Of a stretch of DNA of 64,000 bases, positions 53,984 through 64,000 are shown one piece after another (the first letter of the stretch is position 1; the number at the start of each line of letters is the position of its first letter). The notes beneath the pieces are model-generated. The model saw only the letters and a program-made list of their open reading frames with translations. It had not been told where the DNA came from and made no database searches. The position numbers and the translations under genes are program-made. The stretch comes from Octopus bimaculoides. Its lineage: Eukaryota. The stretch spans positions 23,876,279 to 23,940,278 of the forward strand of contig NC_069002.1 in assembly GCF_001194135.2 (NCBI RefSeq), read 5' to 3'.

Positions 53984-54297
53984 ACTTTTCCCATTCTTCC
54001 CGAACGTCAAATACATCTGCTTGTTGTTCCTTCACCTGTCTTTGTCTTCTGTAAATTTGAACTACACACACATACACACATAGAATGAGTTTCTTGTAGT
54101 TTCCATTTATCAAATCCACTCACAAGGTTTTGGTTGGCCTGGGGCTACAGCAGAAGACACTCCTGCTTCGCCTATGGTGCTGCACAATGAGAATGAACTT
54201 GCAATCAAGTGGTTAACAAGTTAACCATTTAACAACACAACCCCCAAAATATTTTTCCTGTTTTTACTGATTTGTTTTGTTTCAATCTATTTTACAG

Positions 54298-54453
54298 GGT
54301 TGGAACCATTGCTGTTTAAGTCGAAGCATGTATGTATGCGAATACATTACAATGGTCTTACTGAAGAAGGTTTCTTTCACACATTTCGTGTACCAAGCAC
54401 TCGGCTCTTCAATAATGTTGTGGTTTCAGTGAAGAATGAAGACGACGCTAAAG
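54298..54453 (+). CDS. INPP5F: INPP5F/SAC2 next exon (hSac2 domain), GLEPLLFKSKHVCMRIHYNGLTEEGFFHTFRVPSTRLFNNVVVSVKNEDDAK
   Basis: tttacag acceptor, 156-bp open exon, gtaaag donor. The phase-1 join to 15731 is in frame (G|GG). The peptide resembles recalled human GPEPTLFGKPKFSCMRLHY...GYFHTLR. Confidence 0.92.
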
Positions 54454-55474
54454 GTAAAGGAACATGAAAGTGTTTGTGTGTGTGTGAATGTACACAGCTC
54501 TCTTTCTCTCTCACTCCATATCCACTTATTTTTGTTTTCACTTTCACACAAACATACACACATGCATGCAGTCATGCATACACACACACATCTCCAAAAC
54601 TTTATGGAAGTTTAATATGCCAACTCTACACTGCTACTGGTTCTTTGTTTGTTAAAAACCAAATTCCTACTCATAAAAAAAAAAATCACCGAAAACTTAA
54701 AAAGAAAACAAAATGAGATGTAAATCGACCCAGAAGCACATGGGGACACACAAACTCACACCTTTATAAATACAAAAGACTTTCCAATTGATTTTGACAA
54801 ATCATTGTACTTTTGCAGTTCATGTACACGCATGCATACACACACAGATTATATATAACACACAAACACTTATGTATGTATAGCAGTGTTCCAGTTGTTT
54901 GGTCAATGGAACTGGTGGTTAATTGAATTACTGTGATGGAATAGTCCACATATACTTGTGTTCTTAACATAATTCTCAAGCAGAATCAATGCAACAAGTC
55001 CTGGTCCTTGAGTCACTGTTATAGTCTATTTGACAGGCTTTCAAGTAGTTGCTGTTAATCTGATTGTACTGACGCATGTCTAACCAGTCCTAGAATTAGG
55101 GGAAAGAGGCAGCACAATGGGATCTAAGAAACGGGTGATTGCCAAGTAAAAAATCGTAACTTCAAAACCATGTCATTGTCTTAATGCACCTACACACAAA
55201 CACACGGTTAATACACACAAACACATTCTTATTGATAAATATGCACATGAACAAGCTTACACACAGATACATACTCTTACTTACGGACATGTACCTGCAT
55301 TCAGTTACACATCTGGTCTTAGTAACTCCCATACATACTTAAGTCCACTCAGCTGGCAAAATTAAGGGGCCAGCCTTGTCATATTCAGTATGTCACTCTG
55401 AATTTCCCTGAGAACTACATTAAGGGAACACATGTCTGTTGAGTGCTCAGCCATTTGCACGTTAATTTCATGAA

Positions 55475-55658
55475 GGCAACGAGCTGGCAGAATCGTTAGC
55501 ACATTGGGTGAAATGCTTAGCAGTATTTCGTCTGTCTTTACATTCAACTTTGCCTTTCGAGGTTGATAAATTAAGTACCAGTTGCATACTGGAGTCTATC
55601 TAATTGACTGGACCCCTCCTCAAAAATTTCGGGCCTTGTGCCTAGAGTAGAAAAAAAA
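55475..55658 (+). mobile_element. SINE family C inserted in SINE D, poly(A) tail, 11-bp TSD
   Basis: AATTTCATGAA at 55464-55474 and 55659-55669. Confidence 0.85.
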
Positions 55659-55891
55659 AATTTCATGAACGAGTTGTTCTGTTGATCGAATCAACTGGAA
55701 CACTTATAACCAACAGAGTGCCCCAACCTCACATCGTTAAATATATAGAGAAAAAGCACATTTATGTAAACAGACACACATTCACTTAAACACAGACACT
55801 GATACATACATAGGTGCTTATATGTACATATGTACTTCTAGATACAGTTAGAGATACACAAACGCACACCTAGATACATATTTGCACAACC

Positions 55892-55927
55892 CTTTCTGTT
55901 GAAGAGCTTAGGCTCAAAACGTCAAAG
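55892..55927 (+). ncRNA. Hammerhead-like motif, family 3 (CUGUUGA core variant)
   Basis: cttt CUGUUGA a GAGC-ttag-GCTC aaaa C GUC aaag. All three stems pair; G12 is changed to A. Confidence 0.55.
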
Positions 55928-57992
55928 ACTTTTCCATTCTTCCTGAGTGTCAAACAAACATTGTACTCATTGTACTCTTACAAACCCCGTATGTAGAAAC
56001 TTCAACCAACACATACACATAGACTTACCTTTTCTTACTCATTGACACACATACAGGTATCTAGGTCCACTGACAGACGTGCACGTCCATACCATCACAT
56101 GCTCACACACCTAGGCTAATCAACAAGCAAACACCTGCACACCGACAAGCATACAGTTATCCAGACACATTGAAAGGCAAATGCCATCTTATCAATAAAG
56201 ACATACACGCCAAAATTCCTCAAGAGGCCAACATCTTCACCAACACACACATACATGTATCTAGGCACATCAGTAAGCAAACACCTACACACCAACCCAC
56301 AGGGAACACCCACACAACAAAAGTCAGGCTTATAACAAGACTATCAATATTTCTACCCAGTCATGCTTTAAAGTTATAATAAAACTACTCCATTGTTCAT
56401 TCAATAAAACCTTTTATACTAATCTTGTCATCTAAGATCTGCAGAAATGTTGAAGCATTGCTTCAGTAATGACATCTAATGAGAGGAAACAGATCTGTAA
56501 TTGGCTCTTTTAGTAAATTATTATACTGTGACTGGAAGGAAATAGAATTTACTTAGAAAACTAAAATTGATATGTATTGAGCTATAGCCTTGTCTTCATT
56601 TATGGATCTGAAATCGCCTCTTAATATGCCCCATGGGGAACAATACTTTCCATAGATGTTGCTTGCATTAACATTAACATATGTGGATATATGTGGACAG
56701 ACAAAGTCTGTCCTGTAGATGGTCAGCAATTTTGAAGGGAGGGAGAGAAGTTAATTCCATCTACACCAATACTAAAAAGGTGAAAGGCAAAGTTGATCTC
56801 AGCATACTTTGAACTATACGCACAAGGCCTGAAGTTTTGTGGGAGAAGGCTAGTTGATTTCATTGGCCCCAGTGTCAAACTGGTACTTTTCTCATCAACC
56901 CCGAAAGTATGAAAGGTAAAATTGACTTCAGTGGCATTTGAACTCAGAACGTGGGTCCTCCATGATGGTGTTCCTCACACTAGGGGCCGAGTGCGGTGTC
57001 TGAAAGGGTTCTTTGTCACACAGTTCCCACAGTTCACTGCAAGAAAATGCCTGTCAATGTTGCACTGCCATTCTGACATTAGACCAAAATACTGGAAGTA
57101 AATCTGATCACCATACTTCTAAATGATTTCTACCAAAACATTCAGTAATCACTTTCCATTCGAGAGAGAGAGAGAGAGCGAGAAAGTGTGTGTGTGTGTT
57201 GCTGTAATGTGGAAAATGTTACACGTGTTAAGTGGAATCAACACTGTATGAAGTTGAACAGAGTCTCTGGACCCCAATCTTCAGAAAGTTTTGAAGTTAA
57301 TGAAGCTTTCTAATAAATGTATTCATCAGATTAGATGATCCTGAAAATAATATTAGCAATAGAATAGTGAAAATGCATGAAAAAGAAAAAAAATTGTCGA
57401 GAGGTAGGGGTGGGGGTAGATTAAAAGAAGGAAACAATAGACAGAAGAAAGAGAAAAAGAACAGAAAAGAAAAGGCTAAGAAAAAGCAAGTAGTAGTAGT
57501 AGTAGTAGTAGTAAAGGTAAAAAAAAAGAGAAAGGAATGATTCTCAAAGAATTCAGCCAACTTTGATTAAGTGACATTTATGGGTAGAAAAAGAATTTTA
57601 TATGGATGACTACATACAACCTACTTATCTTGTGGATTGGCACTTAATTTGGTTTACTGGAGAAATGTAGAATATGTTCTAGAAATATGGGGAGGGGATG
57701 GATTCAATGTTTTTCTTCTGCCAAATATAACATATTTCAACCTGTCTTTTGTTTTGATTAACAGACTCCTAATATAGTTTTGTGAAATGAGGGATGGTTC
57801 AGGGTTTTATCAATTTGAAGTTGATTGTTTTATTTCTTGAAGTTAATAGTGCATACATGTACATGTAGGAGGGTTCAAGATGTTTATGTTACACCCACCA
57901 CATGTTATAATGTTTGCACACACACACACACAGAGGTTTCACTAATAGATTTGCACACACATATTTACATATAGCTCACATATCCACATAAA

Positions 57993-58180
57993 CAGGGTGC
58001 ATAAGATATTTGAGGACAGATTTTTGTTTATAAAAAAACAGATATATAATAAGAAAACTTTATTTATCAAAAAATGCTATGAGGATAAAAACAAACCTTT
58101 TCTATGTTATTCAATAAAGCCACCTTCAGCTTCAACAACTGCTTCTGTATGAGATCAAAATCATCTACATGCTCGAATCA
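57993..58180 (-). mobile_element. 3' end of a mariner/maT-like transposon
   Basis: Minus strand IRACR.F.SHTEAVVEAEGGFIE*, then a CAGGGTG TIR-like end. Confidence 0.6.
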
Positions 58181-58645
58181 AGCGGTCCTCTCAGAGCAGT
58201 TGGCGTTAGGAAGGGCATCCAGCTGTAGAAACTTTGCCAGATCAGAGTGGAGCCTGGTGCAGCCTTCAGTCAAACCGTCGAACCCATGCCAGCATGGAAA
58301 GCAGACGTTAAACGATGATGATAATGATATATATATATTTATTATATAAGCACACACACTTAGGTATCATAACTTTTCATAGAATAATTTTGTTAATATA
58401 TCATTTTGTAGAATTGTTTTTTGTCAGCAATCATGTGATTAATGATTTATGTTTAATATAATTTACTGGACACTCAAACTGAAAATCAACCAGTAAGACA
58501 ATACAGTACAAAATTTAGTCGGCATTCCTTTGTCTGTAGAATATTGATTATTGTTGAGTTTGTGTTGTACTAAAAAGAAAAAATTTAAAGTAATGGTGTG
58601 TTGGGTTTGCTTTTTTTTTTCTTTTTTTTTCTTCTTTTTTTTTTA

Positions 58646-58930
58646 TATGTTTGTGATAAGAATGTCAACAATGTCAAGTATTGGAGATGTGACAAGCAGT
58701 TGAAATGTAAAAGTAGAATGTTGACTAACGGAAATGAATTACAAATTCAACCAACTGACCACAATCGTACACCAGGTCCAGCATATATTGAAGCGGGGAA
58801 AAGAAGCATCTGGAATGTGGGCAGAGAAAGAGCTGCTAACTTGAAAGAATAAACATCAACTCTCACCGAAGTTCTGATGCACCAGATATCGGTGGTTTCT
58901 ATAAAAGAAAAACTGAAGCTTTGTTGGGGA
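58646..58930 (+). pseudogene. FLYWCH zinc-finger relic, probably Mutator-like transposase N-terminus
   Basis: YVCDKNVNNVKYWRCDKQLKCKSRMLTNGNELQIQPTDHNRTP fits YWRC-x4-C...HNH with the last His as CGT. In-frame stop at 58850. Confidence 0.6.
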
Positions 58931-59176
58931 TTGTTTAATGAAGAAGAAATCATTTAATCCCCACTGTTCCATGCTTGTCTGAGACAGAAGGAATTTGTGG
59001 GGGGAATTTTTTGGGGGTCAGAAACCCTTATTTCCAAGCAAAGTAATTTTTCCTACAGTCAGAAATGTTCTTCATAGAAGACTGGAGATGAACCACATTG
59101 CCTGTATAATGATGATGATGATGATTGTTTATAATCATCATATGACAAGACAAGACTACACACACACACACACACA

Positions 59177-59220
<44 letters not shown>

Positions 59221-60179
59221 CACTCATGCATGCATGCACATGTGTGTGTAGGCTTATCCTTTTGGGTGCTGGTGTCACTTAAAATGCACCTGTGCCAGTA
59301 CTAGATTAACACACCTGTGCTGGTGGAACATAAAAGAAGCACCTAGCATTCTCTGTTAAGTGGTTGGCATTAGGAAGGGCATTCTGCCATAGAAACCATG
59401 CTACAACAGACAGTTGGAGTTTGGACAGCTCCATGTCAAACCGTTCAACCCATGCCTTCATGAAAAGAGGATGTTAAATGATAAGTTAGTGGTGGGGGTG
59501 GGGNNNNNNNNNNNNNNNNNNNNNNNNNNNNNNNNNNNNNNNNNNNNNNNNNNNNNNNNNNNNNNNNNNNNNNNNNNNNNNNNNNNNNNNNNNNNNNNNN
59601 NNNNNNNNNNNNNNNNNNNNNNNNNNNNNNNNNNNNNNNNNNNNNNNNNNNNNNNNNNNNNNNNNNNNNNNNNNNNNNNNNNNNNNNNNNNNNNNNNNNN
59701 NNNNNNNNNNNNNNNNNNNNNNNNNNNNNNNNNNNNNNNNNNNNNNNNNNNNNNNNNNNNNNNNNNNNNNNNNNNNNNNNNNNNNNNNNNNNNNNNNNNN
59801 NNNNNNNNNNNNNNNNNNNNNNNNNNNNNNNNNNNNNNNNNNNNNNNNNNNNNNNNNNNNNNNNNNNNNNNNNNNNNNNNNNNNNNNNNNNNNNNNNNNN
59901 NNNNNNNNNNNNNNNNNNNNNNNNNNNNNNNNNNNNNNNNNNNNNNNNNNNNNNNNNNNNNNNNNNNNNNNNNNNNNNNNNNNNNNNNNNNNNNNNNNNN
60001 NNNNNNNNNNNNNNNNNNNNNNNNNNNNNNNNNNNNNNNNNNNNNNNNNNNNNNNNNNNNNNNNNNNNNNNNNNNNNNNNNNNNNNNNNNNNNNNNNNNN
60101 NNNNNNNNNNNNNNNNNNNNNNNNNNNNNNNNNNNNNNNNNNNNNNNNNNNNNNNNNNNNNNNNNNNNNNNNNNNNNNN

Positions 60180-60492
60180 ACCAGTGTGGCACGTAAATAA
60201 CACCAGCGTGATCGTTACCAACGTCACCTTCCTAGCACTTGTGCCAGTGGCACGTGAAAAGACATTCGAGAAAGATCATTGCCAGAGCCGATGGGCTGGC
60301 CCCTATGCAGATGACACGTAAAACACCCACTACACTCTCGGAGTGGTTGGCGTTAGGAAGGGCATCCAGCTGTAGAAACTCTGCCAAATCAGATTGGAGC
60401 CTGGTGTCGCCTCCTGGTCCACCAGTCCTCAGTCAAATCGTCCGACCCATGCTAGCATGGAAAGTGGACGATGATGATGATGATGATGATGA
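60180..60492 (+). mobile_element. Retroposon family B
   Basis: Conserved tail and (gat)n. Confidence 0.8.
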
Positions 60493-60513
60493 TATATATA
60501 TATATATATATAT

Positions 60514-60780
60514 ACTAGCAGCTAAGCCCGGTTTCACCTGGTCAATTTGGATGATGTGGCTGTAAAACCTGCTCTGTGTAAGCATTCAAATTGTTTGGGC
60601 ATGCTTATGTTAAAAAACAATTTTAGAATGACTTTTTTTCTGTCAAAATGCTAAAAATAATTGACCCCCCCCACAAAAAAAAACAATCTAGATTCAACCA
60701 AATCAAAAAATAAACCATCCCACTTCCATTGTATGTCCACACGCACACAAACACACATGCACACATTCACATAGCCTCCC
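60514..60780 (+). mobile_element. Possible non-autonomous Helitron-like element
   Basis: Starts T|ACTAGCAGCTAAGCCCGG, as recalled for non-autonomous Helitron-like families. The 3' end is not defined. Confidence 0.35.
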
Positions 60781-61054
60781 TTTTACATACACACACATAT
60801 TCACACAGTTGAAACACTGATTTATTTTTTCAGTATACACTACCAAGTATGATATCACCCCTTCCTTTCTCATTCATAAACACAAGAGTATTATTATAGT
60901 AGATTATCTCGGTAACCACGGAAGCTATGAATAAAAATACAAAGCCCAGCATCACCACCAGATCATTCTACACATCTGTGTAATTTTTAGTGCAATTCCA
61001 CCCAGGTGTTTGACCGTGAATCTCCAAGACAAGAAAGAATCACCCTTGTCAAAT

Positions 61055-61088
<34 letters not shown>

Positions 61089-61556
61089 GAACTATGGAAG
61101 ATCAAGTGGGAAAGCAATGCTTGTCATTGCCACCAATGGAAGAAGGAATGGGTATTTAAAAAAAAAAACACATTCTTCATGCGGAACTTAAGTGAGCTGC
61201 TCAGAAAAGCACTGTCAGTGTAATGAATAGGGGGGAAGCTTGGTCTCTACAATATCTGAAATTGTGTATATTCATCAAGAGCTGGGTCCATTCGTTACCA
61301 GTGAAGCCACAAGTGTAAATATGAGTGCCCAACGTCATTAATTATTGGTGATGGTCTTCGTTAGTTATTAGATTGTGGCCAAGCTGGAGCACCGCCTTGA
61401 AGAATTGCAGTTGAATGAATTGACCCCACTACTTATTAAAAAAAAAAACTTGGTATTTATTTTATTTGTCTTTTAGGTCAAACCTCTAAGTTATGGGAAC
61501 ATAAACACACCAACACCATTTGTCAAGTAGTGTGGGGAGAAACAAGCACAAAAACA

Positions 61557-61591
<35 letters not shown>

Positions 61592-61985
61592 TTTCTTTAC
61601 TCTTTTACTTGTTTCAGTCATTTGACTGTGGCCATGCTGGAGCACCACCTTTAGTCGAGCAAATCGACCCCAGGACTTATTCTTTGTAAACTTAGTACTT
61701 ATTCTATCGGTCTCTTTGGCCGAACCGCTAAGTTACGGGGACGTAAACACACCACCATCAGTTGTGAAGCGATGTTGCGGGGACAAACACAGACACACAA
61801 ACATACACACACACACACACACACATATATATACATATACATATATACGACGGGCTTCTTTCAGTTTCCATCTGTCAAATCCATTCACAAGGTCATGGTT
61901 GACCCAAGGTATAGTAGATGACATTTGCCCAAAGGGACTGACCCTAGAATCAAGGGAATGGGAAGTAAACTTCTTACTGCACACC
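61592..61985 (-). mobile_element. SINE family A
   Basis: Reverse-complement similarity. A second partial copy lies at 61365-61560. Confidence 0.8.
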
Positions 61986-61987
61986 TG

Positions 61988-62019
<32 letters not shown>

Positions 62020-62021
62020 CA

Positions 62022-62292
62022 TTATTTACATTTGATGGGCATATAGCATAGTGGTTAAGAATATGGGCTACTAATCCCAAGATTCCGAGTTCGATCCCAG
62101 GCAGTGACCGGAATAATAATAACATCGAAAAATATCTTAGGAATGAGAACCCAGGTTCGAAATTTCCCCAAGACACTTGATGAAGGCTGGAGGGTATATC
62201 AACCGAAATGTGTTAACAACAGACAAGATGAGGACAAATATCTGTCTAATGTAAATTATGTACGTAATTCCTCATCTCTTAAATATAGAACT
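62022..62292 (+). mobile_element. Solo tRNA-head + hammerhead PLE unit (SINE-like)
   Basis: A-box TAGCATAGTGG 62044-62054, B-box GAGTTCGATCC 62087-62097, short (AAT)n, hammerhead 62172-62214, end ...cttaaatatagaac. A short inverted 3'-end stub precedes it. Confidence 0.82.
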
Positions 62293-62812
62293 GTAATATA
62301 TATTTAGGAATTTAGAAATGAACTGTAGACATACAGTATATATATTTTCCTTCCCTCAGATTTGTTTTAAATCCTCTTTCACCTTTTCCTTTGGTTTTTG
62401 TTTCTTTCACTTTCTCCTTCATGAATTCTTTCCTTCACCCTGCAACCTCCCTCATCTCCCCCCACCCCCCACCCCACTAAAAGATATAACCTACCCTCTT
62501 CTTGTGTTTGTATTAATAAAACCTCAGATATAGACAAATTCCTCTAGAGAAAAGATATCCATATTGATTCATGAAATTAATTTTGGGGTTAATTAATCTC
62601 TGCTTATACTCACAAAAAAAAAAAAAAATTTTACTTGAGTATGTAAATAGAAAAGATATATATTTTTTCTACCAACTGATACACGATAGAATGTTTACTC
62701 AATATTTTCCATTACCAGTGTTGAATATCGAGTCTTATTTCAAAAGAAGTTTTGTAGATTAGAAAATTACTATTTTTAAATCTTACAACATGAGATATTC
62801 AGCCACAGTACT

Positions 62813-63162
62813 TTGGAGTAAAGATTGTTTGCCAACATAACATGGCAGTCCTGGATTAAGACGAATGTTGCTGTAATTTAGTCCCAGGAGGCATTATCTC
62901 CAGCTGGCTATATGACATGATCTGTGTCCTTATATTTTCAAACAAGGGAATCTAGCACCCCCACTCAGCTCAAAACAATATCCTGTGTATCGCGATTTCC
63001 GGGCTATTTCCCTTCATCAGCACAGAATAATTGTTCGAAAATATTAGGACACAGATCATGTCGTATAGCCAGCTGGAACGATGTCTCCTGGGGCTAAATT
63101 ACAGCAACATTCGTCCTAAACCAGGACTACCATGTTATGTTGGCAAACAATCTTTACTCCAA
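62813..63162. mobile_element. Fold-back element with about 133-bp inverted arms; hammerhead-like motif in spacer
   Basis: 62813-62945 is the near reverse complement of 63031-63162. Confidence 0.85.
62982..63026 (-). ncRNA. Minimal hammerhead-like motif, family 2
   Basis: ctgtg CUGAUGA a GGG-aaatag-CCC g GAAA UCGCGAU A cacag. Stem I is ctgtg/cacag, stem III is the AUCGCGAU palindrome, triplet AUA. Confidence 0.6.
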
Positions 63163-63354
63163 GTTTTGTAGAGTCTTAATGAATAAAACTAAAGATTTCA
63201 GACAAGAGAATAAAATTAATTTTTAGAAATAAAATTACATAGGGTTTTGGTAAATTGATTATAACTTCACCTAACGCACTGTCAAAATGAATACAGACAC
63301 TAAACTCAGCTTGCGAACACCTGTTGGGGCAAATGAGATCAATACTGAACAAAA

Positions 63355-63793
63355 TTCAATGACTGGCACCTGTTCCAGTGGAGCACTAACAGCACCATCT
63401 GAGCGGGATCACTGCCAGAGCAGTGGTCTCGCTTCCGTGCCGGTGGTATGTAAAAAGCACTATTTGAGCACAATCGTTTCCAGCGTTGCCTTACTGGCAC
63501 TCGTGCCGGTGGCATGTGCACAAAACATTGGACTGACTCCTGTGCAAGTGGCACGTAAAAAAAAAAACACCATTTGAGCATGGCCGTTGCCAGTACTGCT
63601 GGACTGGCCCTCATGCCAGTGGCACGTAAAAGGCGCCCACTACACTCTCGGAGTTGTTGGCATTAGGAGGGCATCCAGCTGTAGAAACTCTGCCAGATCA
63701 AATTGGAATCTGGTGTAACCATCTAGTTTGCCACTCCCCAGTCAAATTGTCAAACCCATGCTAGCATGGAAAGCGGACGTTAAATGATGATGA

Positions 63794-63797
<4 letters not shown>
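63355..63797 (+). mobile_element. Retroposon family B
   Basis: Internal units, conserved tail and (gat)n. Confidence 0.8.
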
Positions 63798-63832
<35 letters not shown>

Positions 63833-63834
<2 letters not shown>

Positions 63835-64000
63835 CATCATCATCATCATCATCGTTTAACGTCTGCTTTCCATGCTAGCATGGGTTGGACGATTTGACTG
63901 AGGACTGGTAAAACCGGATGGCAACACCAGGCTCCAGTCTAATTTGGCAGAGTTTCTACAGCTGGTTGCCCTTCCTAACGCCAACCACTCAGAGTGTGTA
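63833..64000 (-). mobile_element. Retroposon family B 3' end
   Basis: (cat)n followed by the conserved tail, reverse complement. Confidence 0.8.

Noticed and set aside
62037-62109. Functional tRNA gene
   Set aside because: Acceptor stem does not pair, there is no oligo-T terminator, and the segment is embedded in a repeated element. Treated as tRNA-derived.
56470-64000. Next INPP5F exon after 54453
   Set aside because: The AG sites checked gave early stops in the required phase-1 frame. The exon is probably beyond the window or in the 59500-60180 gap.

Overview
AT-rich, microsatellite-dense animal DNA with many N gaps. The repeat complement resembles what I recall of Octopus (inference, not searched). 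The only host gene I can support is an INPP5F/SAC2 orthologue on the + strand. Two exons (15658-15731 and 54298-54453) splice in frame to encode part of the hSac2 domain and are separated by a 38.6-kb intron. The rest is intronic transposon debris: a nearly intact Tc1 transposase, mariner, maT and FLYWCH-type relics, RTE-LINE 3' ends, piggyBac- and hAT-type MITEs, and four abundant SINE-like families. The most notable signal is a set of Penelope-like-element (PLE)-type minimal hammerhead ribozyme motifs: 12 motifs in 3 unrelated sequence families. In family 1 a tRNA-like Pol III head, an (AAT)n spacer, a hammerhead and a 3' hairpin form one unit. That unit sits directly downstream of a PLE GIY-YIG ORF (22640-23740) and also occurs on its own as a SINE-like copy (62022-62292). 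Repeat boundaries are read by eye and are approximate.
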